This document shows positions 1 through 10,665 of a stretch of DNA of 64,000 nt, in pieces. The stretch is from contig CBFFRQ010000064.1 of NCBI GenBank assembly GCA_965644315.1, positions 124,001 to 188,000 of the forward strand, given 5' to 3'. Each line of letters opens with the position of its first letter. Position 1 is the stretch's first letter. A program made the position numbers and the translations under genes. The notes beneath the pieces are model-generated. The model saw only the letters and a list, made by a program, of their open reading frames with translations. It had not been told where the DNA came from and ran no database searches. Source of the DNA: Caecitellus pseudoparvulus (lineage: Eukaryota; Protista; Bigyra: Bicosoecida).

Positions 1-763
1 ACTGCAGTAGGCTGGGCAGGAGGGCGGCGTGGCAGGCGTGACTGGCGCCGCCGCGGGCCCGCCGCGCTCTGCCTGAGGCGGCGCCTCTGGCCCAGGCGCT
101 GTGTTGATGGAGCCGCTGCCCAGGCCGGGCGGTGTGTTGCCCAGCAGGGCCACGCGGCTGTCCACTTGCCACGACTCCTCTGTCAGCGTCGGCGTCGGCG
201 TCGTGGCGGGGCGGGAGGCAGTGGCGGGGCGGCGGCAGCCCAGGGACCGCGCCGACAGTGGCACACACACTGCCAGCGTGGCGAGTCCGACGAGGGCCAT
301 GATCAGGCCGCCCGGCACGCCCAGCGCCTGGGCGTGGTTGCCGCAGGTCACTTTGCCGCTCTGGAAGTTCAGCTCCGCCACCAGCACGAGGGAGGACTGG
401 GACACGACGTAGCTGAAGATGGGGCTGCTGATGTTGGTCACGTCTGCCGGGCCACAGGAGTCTGGGACGCACACTGAGAAAGTGAGGTCTGCCACGTCAA
501 TGATGCAGATGTGCGCATGTGGAGCGACGGCACACTGTGAAACTTTGCCCAGCGCATTCATGTTGTGTCCTGAGCGGCCGGGAACGGGGGAAGGGTGCCT
601 GCGCTGGGGGAGCAAAATCCGCTCGCGCCCACGCACCATTGGCGTCCCACGCCGGGATCCAGTCCACATTAAAGGCGCTGGGGTCGTAGCAAGCACTTGC
701 ACACTGCCATGCTGCTGCGATCGCCAAACATGCCAGCAGCAAGGCTGGCCTGGGCGCTAGCAT
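1..763 (-). CDS. NRF-6/OACYL-like protein, N-terminal part (signal peptide + NRF-like domain + TM); runs off the window start
   Basis: ATG at 763 begins a signal peptide (MLAPRPALLLACLAIAAAWQCASA). Splicing intron 570-636 (GTGCGT..CTCAG) gives WDANGHNMNALGKVSQC...FSVCVPDSC followed by a hydrophobic segment. This matches the NRF pattern DAxG..LG..C..CxPxSC. Confidence 0.55.
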
Positions 764-935
764 GGTGCTTGTTGCAGCTGGGCCCTGGCCCAGCAATGCT
801 GCGTGGAGCCTGGCTGCAGCTGGGTGGAGAGTGCTGGGGAGGGTGTAGCGTGGGTGGCCGAGCCGGCGCGGCAGGGAGCCCTGGGCAGGCCGTTGCATTT
901 GATCTGGGCAGGCCGACACAGTGCTGGCCGGGGTG

Positions 936-2537
936 TTAGCGCTGGGCGCCCTTGCCAGCCCGGATGGCAGACAGCGACTTGGCCAGGGTGGAGCTGTACA
1001 CATCCACGCGCTGGTACACCTGCAGCTCCCCCTCCAGTCGGGCGATGGTGTCGGCCTGGGCCGTGCTGCGCCGCCGCAGCTCCGCGTTCTCCCCCTGTAG
1101 GCGCTGACACCCCGCCCGCATGTCCTGCACCTCCGCCTCCGCCTCTTGCGCCCGCTCACGCGCCGCCTCCCACGCCGCCTGCGCCTCGTACACTGCCCGC
1201 CGGAAGCCCTGCACGTCCTCCAGCGCCGCCGTGCGCACGGCCCGGAAGGTCTGCAAGTCAGCTGCCGCCAGCCGGTCCTCCAGCTCCGCCACCCGCCGCC
1301 GCATGCCCTCCAGCGCCGAGCCTGAGGCCTTGACGTCAGCCCGGGCAGCAGCCGCCTCCGCCTCAAGAGACGTCACTGTCGCGTCCAGCGCGCCAGAGGA
1401 GGCACGCAGCGTGGCAGACTCGCTCAGGGCGTCCTCTGCCAGCGCACTGCGCTCCAGGAGCTGCTCTTGGGTCTGGGCCAGGGCGGCGGCGGCGGCCGCC
1501 TCCCGCTGGCGACTGGCATCCGCCGCCACACGCGTGTGCTCCAACTCCTGCTGTGTGGCTTGGTGCTGCGTGCGCAGCAAGGCCAGTGCAGAGCGCGTGC
1601 TGTGCAGCTCAGCCTCCGCCACCGCCAGCTGCTCCTGCACGCTGGCAGCGGCAGCGGCAGGCACAGTGCTGTCAGCCAGGGTCTGCACTGTGGCTTTCAC
1701 GGTGGCCAGCTCAGCAGCCACGGAGTCAGCGTACTCCTGCAGGGTGGTGTTGGCACTCTGCAGGCGCCGAGCGGAGGCGCGAGCCTCTGACAGCTGCTGC
1801 TGTGCGGCGTCCCGCTCGCGAGTCAACCGAGTCACCTGGGCGCTGAGCTCGGAGGTGGAGGAGGCGCTGGCGCTGGCTCCTTGCCTGGCCGCCTCAGCCT
1901 CTCCCTCGGCTTCTGCCCGCCGTGACTCGGCAGCTGCCACCGCCCGGCGCAAGTCCTTCACCTCAGCACTCGCCTCTCGCAGCTGTGTGGCCAGGTCCTG
2001 CCGCCCAGCGTCTGCGGCAGCCTTGTGACTCGCCGACGCCTGCTGCGTTGCGGCGTGCGCCTCCTGCTCCGCAGCCAGGGCCGCGCGCAGCTCCGTCAAG
2101 GACGCCTGCAGCGTGGACACCGTGCGAGTCAGCTCCTGCGTTTTCGCTTGACTCTCCTGCCGCTCCTGGCGCAGCTGCGTCACCTCGTGGGCTGCCAGGG
2201 CCAGCTTCTGCGCTGCAGCGTCTGCCGCAGCGCTGCGCTGCTGGTCGCCGCTCTGCAGGTCAGTCAGCTGACGCGTGAGGGTGGAGTTCTTGGCCTTCAG
2301 TGCCTGCACCTCGCCCTGGAGCGCCGCCATGCGCCCCTTCAGCTGCTCCACCACCTGCACTTCACCATCCACGCGCTCTTGCAGTCGCCGGTAGGCGGCT
2401 GCGCCTTGAGCGTTGGACTGCAGCTGGGCCTGCAGCAGGGACACCTCGCTCTCCAGGACACTGGCCCGTCGCTGGTGCTTCGCCGACGCGGCAGACGCCT
2501 CTGCGAACTGCTCCCGCAGGTGGCTGGCATCGGCCAT
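936..2537 (-). CDS. Long coiled-coil protein of unknown function
   Basis: Open frame from MADASHLREQF (ATG 2537) to stop 936, Ala/Glu/Gln-rich heptads throughout. Confidence 0.75.
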   Translation of the reverse strand: MADASHLREQFAEASAASAKHQRRASVLESEVSLLQAQLQSNAQGAAAYRRLQERVDGEVQVVEQLKGRMAALQGEVQALKAKNSTLTRQLTDLQSGDQQRSAAADAAAQKLALAAHEVTQLRQERQESQAKTQELTRTVSTLQASLTELRAALAAEQEAHAATQQASASHKAAADAGRQDLATQLREASAEVKDLRRAVAAAESRRAEAEGEAEAARQGASASASSTSELSAQVTRLTRERDAAQQQLSEARASARRLQSANTTLQEYADSVAAELATVKATVQTLADSTVPAAAAASVQEQLAVAEAELHSTRSALALLRTQHQATQQELEHTRVAADASRQREAAAAAALAQTQEQLLERSALAEDALSESATLRASSGALDATVTSLEAEAAAARADVKASGSALEGMRRRVAELEDRLAAADLQTFRAVRTAALEDVQGFRRAVYEAQAAWEAARERAQEAEAEVQDMRAGCQRLQGENAELRRRSTAQADTIARLEGELQVYQRVDVYSSTLAKSLSAIRAGKGAQR

Positions 2538-2871
2538 GTTGCAAGCCAATTTCCGCAGTTGCCGTGCACCCTGTGCTGGCCGCGCCGAGCACGGCAGTGG
2601 CTGCAGAGTTAGGAGGCACAGAGGGGGCAGCTTAGTCTGTCGAGTGCCGCAAGGGGAGTGACCCACTGTTTTTTGGGTGGGCGGGCGTCTTGACGGGAGT
2701 CGCAGGACTTGCTGCAGATTTCCTGAGGGACAAAAAAATACTTGCACGCATGCCTTGCACTGCATTCCCATTCGGTATGTACATGGCCCTGGGTCAAGCT
2801 CAGTCCCCTTGGACGCGCCCTGGGGCTAAAGGAGAGGCGGGGGGCATCCCTCGTTTCGCCGGCGTTTCGAC

Positions 2872-3280
2872 ATGGCGTCCGTGAACCCCGTGTACAACAC
2901 GCTCATCGCGTTCAGCCTGGCCATGGTGGGTGTGCCCTTGGCTGTCATTTGGCTGGGAACGCAGGTGCTGCATGGTGCGTCTCGGGGCGGGAGCAGGCGA
3001 CGCTGTGCCCTGCGCTGGCGCTTCACGTGGCCTGGCCTGCTGCGCAGAGTGGACTGCATTGGCGGGGGACCCCATGGTGGTCAGCGCCATCGCCGCCATC
3101 GTGGTGCTGAACTGCATCCTCATCTCCTACATCGTCATGGCATTCAACGAAAACGTAGACAGCGCCGCAGACACGCCAGCGGGGGAGGGGGACATCGGGC
3201 GGCGCCCCGCTGACACCAACGACGCTCGCCTGCGTCGGCGCCTGGCCGCGTCAACTGGCCAGACGCCGACGTCCACTTGA
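2872..3280 (+). CDS. VMA21: V-ATPase assembly factor VMA21-like (2 exons, intron 2975-3047)
   Basis: Spliced product LIAFSLAMVGVPL...SAIAAIVVLNCILISYIVMAFNE has two TM helices with the VMA21 pattern. The GTGCGT..GCAG intron restores frame. Confidence 0.75.
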
Positions 3281-3310
3281 CGCCAGTAGCGTGGATGCTG
3301 GCCCGCCCCC

Positions 3311-4426
3311 TCAATCCGCCGTGGTGGCGGCGGTGTCAGCGGCGGTGTCGGGCTGCAGCGTCGCCTTCCACTGCAGCTGCTGCCCCGCCATGAGCGGCAC
3401 GACGACGGTGTCCGCGCCAGCCTTGTCTGCGAAAGGGAAGGAATCTGGCACAGTCCAGGCCTGTCGCGTGAGCTTCACAGTGCCGGTGTTGGGGGGCAGG
3501 CCGTAAAATGCCGGCCCATGCTGCGACACAAAGGCGGACAGCTTGTCCAGGCACCCCGCCGCCTCGAACGCCGTCGCGTACAGCTCCAAGGCGGCGAATG
3601 CAGAGAAGCAGCCCGCGCAGCCACAGGCTGACTCCTTGTCCGCCACAGCGTGCGGCGCCGAGTCAGTGCCCATGAAGAACTTGGCGCTGCCGCTGGCCAC
3701 AGCGCCCAGGAGGGCCTGTCGATCTGACTCCTTCTTGAGGATGGGCAGGCAGTAGTAGTGGGGTTTGAGGCCCCCCACAAACAGCTGGTTGCGGTTGTAC
3801 AGCAGGTGCTGTGGCGTGATGGTGGCCGCCACGTTGGGACCAGCGGCCGTTACGAAGTCCACAGCGGCAGCGGTGGTGATGTGCTCCATGACGATGCGCA
3901 GGTCAGGGTGTGACTCCACCAAGGTCGCCGCGACGCGTTGTAGGAACACCGTCTCGCGTTCGAAGAAGTCCACGGTCGAGTCCGTCACCTCACCGTGGAT
4001 GCACAGCACCATGCCCACCTCCGCCATGGCCGCCAGCACGGGGCCCAGCGCCTTCACCTCCGTCACGCCGTTGTCGCTGTTGGTCGTGGCGCCGGCGGGG
4101 TACAGCTTGCACGCCACCACGCCAGCTGCCGCCGCTTCTTTGATGTCCTCGGGAGTCGTCTTGTCCGTCAGGTACAGCGTCATGAGGGGTTGGAAGTCCG
4201 AGTCAGGGCCAAAGGCCTCGGCAATGCGCGCCTTGTACGCGCTCGCATCGGCTGCGTTCACCACCGGCGGCACGAGGTTCGGCATGATGATGGCTCGCCG
4301 CACGATGCCAGGCATGTAGCGACCTGCCGCCTTCAGCGCTGCGCCGTCACGAAGGTGCAGGTGCCAGTCGTCGGGCCGCCCAACGATGAGCTCTTGAGGG
4401 GTTTCTGTGCTTGTTGATGCCGCCAT
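3311..4426 (-). CDS. pyrC: Dihydroorotase, homodimeric class II (E. coli PyrC/URA4 type), intronless
   Basis: Motifs DDWHLHLRDG, IIMPNL, KLYPAGATTNS, HGEV, MEHITT, ATITPQHL, YCLPILK, FMGTDSAPH. Confidence 0.97.
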   Translation of the reverse strand: MAASTSTETPQELIVGRPDDWHLHLRDGAALKAAGRYMPGIVRRAIIMPNLVPPVVNAADASAYKARIAEAFGPDSDFQPLMTLYLTDKTTPEDIKEAAAAGVVACKLYPAGATTNSDNGVTEVKALGPVLAAMAEVGMVLCIHGEVTDSTVDFFERETVFLQRVAATLVESHPDLRIVMEHITTAAAVDFVTAAGPNVAATITPQHLLYNRNQLFVGGLKPHYYCLPILKKESDRQALLGAVASGSAKFFMGTDSAPHAVADKESACGCAGCFSAFAALELYATAFEAAGCLDKLSAFVSQHGPAFYGLPPNTGTVKLTRQAWTVPDSFPFADKAGADTVVVPLMAGQQLQWKATLQPDTAADTAATTAD

Positions 4427-4833
4427 GCTGTCCTGAGATCAGGGTGCGTCGGTTCCAGTGGCGTGAGAGGTGCAAACTGGCCGCGAAGATGCAGCCAATT
4501 ACCGCAAAGCCGCAGGGTGCGTTTTGGTGTGGGGGAGGGGTTGCTGTCGCACGTGGGCTGTTACAAACATGGCAGAATGTGTGGGTTTTTTGGTGTAGTG
4601 TTTTGGATGGAGAGCTGCTTGGTGATTGCCCGTGCCGGGCGTCTGACTGGCTCTTGTACATGGGCTGCAAGGTGGTTGGCAGAAAAGGGCGCCCCGAGCT
4701 TTGCACTCAAAACCCCAAACCGTGCCCGCAACTCACACACAGCTTGGGTTTGCTGCATGCGCTCCACAGTGTCCGGCCCCTGCACGCTGCAACGCCCTGC
4801 ACCCCTGCCGTTTCACCGTCGTTTCACGCAGCC

Positions 4834-5232
4834 ATGGACCTCCTGGCTGGCTACGCTTCCGACAGCAGTGACGCGAGTGACACCGCGCCACCCGCAGCAG
4901 ACAAGGGTCAGATCACTGCCAAGGCGGCACTGCCGTCAGCAGCGGCCCTGTTGGAGGGGGACGACGATGCCGCTGCCGACAGCAGCGACGAACTGGTTTC
5001 CGCTACCCAGCCAGCACCCCCGAGCAAGGCGGCAGCTGCCAGCCAACCCTCACCCAAGCCACGGCGGAGCAAAGGCAGCAAGCCGCCGGTCACAGGCGGT
5101 GCCAAGCGTCCACGCGCAGCTGGCAGCGCGGCGCTGGTGCCTGCCCATGTGCGCAGCAAACGCAGCAATGTGAGCACTGAGGACGTTGACAGCTGGACCA
5201 GCGCGAAGCCGAGCGCAGGGGGTGGCAAGTGA
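4834..5232 (+). CDS. Small disordered hypothetical protein
   Basis: Starts at GCCATGG with MDLLAGYASDSSD. Contains LPSAAALL and C-terminal LVPAHVRSKRSNVSTED motifs. Family not assigned. Confidence 0.55.
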   Translation: MDLLAGYASDSSDASDTAPPAADKGQITAKAALPSAAALLEGDDDAAADSSDELVSATQPAPPSKAAAASQPSPKPRRSKGSKPPVTGGAKRPRAAGSAALVPAHVRSKRSNVSTEDVDSWTSAKPSAGGGK

Positions 5233-5250
5233 GCTGGTGCGCTGCATTGC

Positions 5251-6723
5251 TCAGGCCTGCCCCAGCAGGTGCTGCACCATGATGTAGGCCATTTGGCCGT
5301 TGTCATGTGGCACCATGTGCCCTGCCTTCATGATGTACCACATGTGCAGGTTGGCGTAGGACTTGTAGAAGGCGCCAATTTCCGCACCGGGGTATGCCCC
5401 CAGCGCCGTCTTGGGCGCCTCGTGGAAGTGCGGCATACCGGGCCACTGCAGCTTGCTCATCCACATTTCGGCACCTGCAGTGAGGCAGATGACATCCAGC
5501 TGGCCCTCGTACACCGTCACGTTGATGCGGCCCCCCGCGATGAGGGCATCCACCTCAGCCCACACGGGCTTCATGAAGTCGCCTGACAGGCTCTGGAACA
5601 CCTGCCCTGCCTGGCCGGACCAGGTGACGTTGGAGGGGATGATGCCCAGCTTCTTGCGGATGGGCCCATTCATGAGGGTGTACAGGGGGTCGGCTGCAAA
5701 CACGTCCAGGTGGCGCGCCGCCAGGCTGGCCAGGTGCGGAGCCCGCCACTGCGTGTGCTGGCGGTACAGCGGCACAGAGGCGGCACTGGGCGCCGGCGCC
5801 ATCTGCAGGAAGTTGTAGAAGGACACGCCCCCCGCCTGCGCCTCGATTTCATCCTCCACCGTGCCCCACAGCTCGGTGGCCTTGTCCCACTCTCCAGCCT
5901 GCGCGGCAGCCTGTGTCTCCAGGGCTGTTGCGTAGATGGCCTTGGCCTCAGGAGGCGTCAGCAGGGACAGCTGCTGCAGGTACGGCGCCCAGGCCAGCGT
6001 GAAGTCCACGCCGTCGATCCAGGAGTCACCCAGGGCCACACCCCGGAAGTCGAGCTGGATGGATGCGTTGTCGATGGCGGCGAGGAGGGCGGTGGCTAGA
6101 CCGGTGGTCATCTTACCGCCGTACGACTCGCAGAAGACGTAGAAAGGCTGCGTCTTGAAGTTGGGGTACAGCTTCAGCCACTGCTGCAGGAAACGCACCA
6201 TGTCGTCGGCGATTTGGGCGTTGTCGGTCGTGAACACGTCAGGCGAGTCAGCGTAGCTGAACCCTGTGCCCACAGGCTGGTCCAGGTACAACACGTTGGC
6301 CAGCTTCACCCACGTCGTGTTGCGGGGGTTCAGGTTGGTGTCCAGGGGCCCCATCTCGTCAAAGTTGCCGTAGCCCGTGCTGCTGGCGCCAGGCCCACCC
6401 TGCAGCCATCTGCAACGCGGAGGGCAACGCAGCATGCAGCGCAGCGGACAAGGCGCACCAATGCAGCGTGTACACACAGAATGAGGGGTGCCTCTGTGCG
6501 GGCCTGCTGCCCTGTCGTGCCGTACAGCCACCAGAACAAGTGGGCACCTGGCGAGGGGGAGGTGCGGAAATTGGCGTGCTCCGTGCCCCTGGCGCGGCGC
6601 CAGACGCCCCACACACGCACCTTCACGGGGGTCAATGTAGCCCCAGTCCTCGTCAGGGACAGCAGCACTGGCGGCTGTGGCCATGGCCGCAGCAACGGCG
6701 ATGATGCTGAGAAAGCTTCGCAT
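5251..6723 (-). CDS. SCPEP1: Serine carboxypeptidase S10, SCPEP1/RISC-like (introns 6548-6620, 6410-6477)
   Basis: Signal peptide; spliced EDWGYIDPREGAHLFWWLY...PLILWLQGGPGASSTGYGNF; DQPVGTGFSY, CESYGGK, GQLDVIC, AGHMVPHD. Confidence 0.93.
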   Translation of the reverse strand: MRSFLSIIAVAAAMATAASAAVPDEDWGYIDPREGACVGRLAPRQGHGARQFPHLPLARCPLVLVAVRHDRAAGPHRGTPHSVCTRCIGAPCPLRCMLRCPPRCRWLQGGPGASSTGYGNFDEMGPLDTNLNPRNTTWVKLANVLYLDQPVGTGFSYADSPDVFTTDNAQIADDMVRFLQQWLKLYPNFKTQPFYVFCESYGGKMTTGLATALLAAIDNASIQLDFRGVALGDSWIDGVDFTLAWAPYLQQLSLLTPPEAKAIYATALETQAAAQAGEWDKATELWGTVEDEIEAQAGGVSFYNFLQMAPAPSAASVPLYRQHTQWRAPHLASLAARHLDVFAADPLYTLMNGPIRKKLGIIPSNVTWSGQAGQVFQSLSGDFMKPVWAEVDALIAGGRINVTVYEGQLDVICLTAGAEMWMSKLQWPGMPHFHEAPKTALGAYPGAEIGAFYKSYANLHMWYIMKAGHMVPHDNGQMAYIMVQHLLGQA

Positions 6724-6852
6724 GGTGGGTGGGGCCAAGTGCACTGCAGCTGGTCGGCCTGCGTCGTCGCAGCGCCTCGGAACACGCCTGCAACACTCCA
6801 AGCGTGAGAGATGGCGGGGAATTCGCTGGAGCGTGGAAAAGTGCAATTTGTC

Positions 6853-9800
6853 TCAGGTCGCAGGCTGCGCGTTCTGCGCCAGGGGGGCCCACCTGCCGCC
6901 TGCTCGCGCCGCCCTGCCACGCCGAGCCCGCAGCTTGGCGTGTTTGGACAGGCGGGCCAGCTGAGCGGACACGCCAGGCTGGGGCTGGGCGGGGGGCAGG
7001 CGGCCGTCGCCTGACCACACTCGGCTCAGGGACAGGAGGGGCGTCGAGGGGGGGTGCGTGGACACGCTGACGCCCCGCCGCCCCTGCCAGGTGTCGACTC
7101 GCGGCAACGCAGCAGGCGCCCCCCCCCGGCGCGAGGCAGAGGGGCCGAGACCGCCCCCCCTCGGCAGTGCCAGGGTCAGGGTCTGTGTTGCCGGCTTGAT
7201 GGGTGTGGAGGGGGGGTCACTGGAGTGGTGGACTGGCGGGCGCCCAGCAGGGCGTGTGCTGCGTTGCCGGCGCCGGCGCTGGGCCGAGTCACTGCGCCCG
7301 CCCACCTTCCTTCCGATGCGACCCCCCCTGTGGGCGGCAGTGGACCCCCCCTCACGAGGCCTCCCCCGTGTCCGGATGGGGGAGGGGGGGAGGCGCCCTC
7401 GTTGCCCCCCTCGCTTGCTCACGTGAGCTTGAGCGGGCGGGGGGGAGCTGGTGCGTTTCGCGTCTTTGCGCCCCTGCCGTCGTCTGCGTTGCAGCTGGTT
7501 GCGGGGAGCAGCTGCGTGGGGTGCAGGGGTGTGTAGGGGGGCGGCCGCCGCCCCTTTGCTGCTGCCGCCGCCCGCCATGTCCGCTGCGATGGCTGCCACG
7601 CGCGTATTACGCAGGAGCTGCGCCAGCGCGCCCATGTCCACCGCCACCTCTGGCCCGTCGTCAGAGCCACCGCTGTCATAGCCAGGATCCACATCCCCTG
7701 CCGTGCGCCCCAGCACCGCCACAGCCAGGGAGGCAGGGGTGGCGTGGGGGGAGGAGGAGGAGGAGGGGGTGCGAGTGGAGGGGGGGGTGCCTGGCACCCC
7801 CCCCATCCGGCGCACGGCCGCATCCACCACCTGGTCCAGCCACGTAGAGCGGGCACGGCCCCCCCCACTCCACGAGGGGGCTCTGTGGAGGCCGGGGCCC
7901 TGATGCGCAGGTGATGGGGAGGAGGTGGGCCCACCCCCGCAGGGGGGGCTGGTCAGGCTGCGTTTCGGGAGGGGTGTGCGTGGGGGCGCGCCACCCCCCG
8001 CGACGGGGCCGGAGTCTGCCCGGAGCAAATGCCGGGCAAGTGGTTCCTCAGCATACCGCTGCGTCGCCTCCGCCAGCGTACGGCGCACGTCGCTGGGCAC
8101 GCCCCAGCGCTTGGTCGCAGCGTCGGCAGCTGCGACGTGCGCCGCGACGTGTGCTTCTGCGCCCCGCTGCAGCAGTCCCGGGCTCCACAGGGGGGGGCTG
8201 CCTTCGGGCGAGGGGGCTGGGGGGGACCCCGCCTCGGGGGAGGAGGGGGGACACCAAGGGGGGCGCCCACCAGCCCCCTCTCCGCGTCGCTGCCTGCAGA
8301 GGGGGGTCGAAGGGGGGTGGGAGGGGGGCCAGCAGGGGGGGGTCGAAGCCGCGGGCTGAGGGGGGGGCACACCCCCTCCTCCCCCCTCCCCTCCCCACCT
8401 CCAACCCCAGGCGTGTCCGGTGGGGGGGGCGTCGAGTGCCGGCACCCCCCTTACCCCCCTCCATGTCCCCTGCCTCCAGCCCCAGGCGGGCAAGCAGGCC
8501 AGCCACGGTGCGGGGGTCGGCACCCCCCCCCTCACCCCCCTCCCCGGCCGCCCTGCCCAACTGGTCCGCCGCTCGCAGGAGACGGGCAGCAGACTGCACA
8601 TACTCAGCGCCTGCCTGCACCAGGTCCGCCGCGTGGAAGTGCTGGCCCCTCCGCCCATGGAAGGACGCCTCGCAGGTGTAGGCGAGGGGGATGCCGATCT
8701 CCTGGGATGCGATGCCCCGGGCTGTGTTCAGCTTGTCTCGTGTCAGGGTGAAGGTGCAGCCAGAGTACGTGTACAGGGCAGGGGCTCGGCGCGCCAGAAG
8801 GCCGGGCAGGATGCGGGGCACTGCCGCCAGTTGGGGGGCGGACCACCCCCACCATCCGTGGGAGGGGGGGGGGGACCCGCTGGTGAAGTTGGAGGGGGGG
8901 GTCGTCCACCCCCCCACCGGTTGGTCGCTGCCGTACAGGAAGATGCCTTGCTTGCGTGAGTGGCCGTGGAAGTCCGTGAACAGTGCCACGCCCTGCACAG
9001 CGTGCAGCCTGGTCAGGAGCGTTTTCAAGTGATACACCGTGGGGTGCAGGTCTGGGTGGGGTGCGTCCCACCGCCGGTTCAGGTCCACCCCCGCCAGGCT
9101 GGTGCGGTAATTGCCGTTCACCACGCCGTCAGGGTTGAGCATGGGCACGACGTAGGTGACGTAGTGCCGTCGGATCCACCGCGCGGAGGGGGTGGGCCCA
9201 GTCACCGCCTCCAGCAACCCCCGCATGACCCAGGAGGCGTTGGCCTCACCAGGATGCACCCGCGCTGAGAAGACGAGGGCCTGGCGCCGGCCCAGAGGCA
9301 GCAGCGTGCGGCCTTTGTCTGCGATGGTGAGGATGTCACAGACATTCCCCGCCAGGGTGCGTGTGAGGGTGCTGCGGGTGAGGCAGGGCCCGACCCGACG
9401 CTGCAGGGCGGAGAGGTGCGCCATGTGCTGGGCGTAACCGTAGGGCCAGGCCATGGCCACCACGGCCACATCACGGGGGTGGCTGAAGGTGACCGTGAAG
9501 GACAGGATGTGACTCCGGGCACTGCCCATGTGGGAGGCGTCCTGGGGCAGGGTGGAGGGGGGGGGTGCGCGGAAGTACCCGATGCAGGGGTCCCCTGCCC
9601 GGGAGGTGAGGCGGTGCCACCCCCGGCGGGAGGTCGGGTCGCGCCACTCCGCGAAGGAGAACAGCAGTGGCGTCATGCCCGCAGAGCCGTACAAACTGCG
9701 GGTCTTGGCGTGGTTGGCGATGTGGAAGCGGTAAGGCTGGCCGGGGGCCATGTTGCTCACTGCGAAGCAGAACCACTGGCGGTGGCTGGGACTGTGGATG

Positions 9801-10258
9801 TCTGGCGCCATGAACAGGTCGTACTCGACGGGGGGCGCGTCGCCGCCGCCAGCGCCAGGGGGGGGTGCCAGGCCGACACCGCTGTCGCTGGGCAACACCC
9901 TCGCGGCAGTGAGCAGGTTGCCGCCTTCGAAGTGGGAGGTAAAGACCAGATCATCCGGGGACAGCTGGCGGTTGAAGCGGTATGCGTCCATGTATGAGTA
10001 CACCACGCGGCGTGGGCCGGTGGGGTACGCTGCTGCGGCAGCTTTGTTGGCGGGTGCGGAACTTGGCTCTGCCACTCGCTGCGTCGCCACGGCTTCCTGC
10101 GGCACTGCCAGCACAGGCAGCTCAGCAGCCCGCAGCGCAGAGCCGGTGTACACGGGGGCTCCTTGGGATGGGGCTGTGGCTGTGAAGTCTGCCAGCGCAT
10201 CAGAAGGCAGGGAGGTGCCATTCAGGTAGATGAAAGGGGCGTTGGTGGGTGCATCCAT
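6853..10258 (-). CDS. Cytosolic carboxypeptidase (M14, CCP/AGBL/Nna1 tubulin deglutamylase family) with a long low-complexity C-tail in a second frame
   Basis: Motifs FTSHFEGGNL, RQWFCF, ARVHPGE, PMLNPDGVVNGNYR, DLNR, DFHGHS, YTCEASF in the frame stopping at 8048. A plausible tail continues in ORF 6853-8658 after a frame change near 8300-8460, so the 3' end is uncertain. Confidence 0.85.
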
Positions 10259-10665
10259 GTCCAACGCCAGAAACGCGCTATGGCAGGCGAGCCGCTGGGG
10301 CCGCCTGCGCTGCCTGCCGCGCCGTACTGCGCGCAAACATGCACGTTCTGATCGTCCTTGGGTCTGATGAAGTGCCTGGCGCGTGCAGGATTGGCGTGGT
10401 ACCGCCATTGCTGCGCTTCGCCTGCGTGTTGGCTGCGGCTGCCTCAGGGCTGCAAGACAGCAGTGGACACGCCATGCCAAACTCCCCACGCACACACCCA
10501 CCGCCAATTCCAAGCGCTGCCACGGGGAGCTGAGCAACTAGTGCCACACCTGCGGTCCCACGTGGCCAGGGGCTCACCGCCCGCCTGCCGTGGCCCCGCT
10601 CCCCTTGTCACAAGCACTGCGCCACAGGCAGCGTGCAAAGCCAGGCCAGCACGACGTCGGCGCCA

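Noticed and set aside
3311-4426. Intronless bacterial-like PyrC as a recent horizontal transfer
   Set aside because: Class II dihydroorotase is widespread in plants, fungi and protists, and codon style matches its neighbours.
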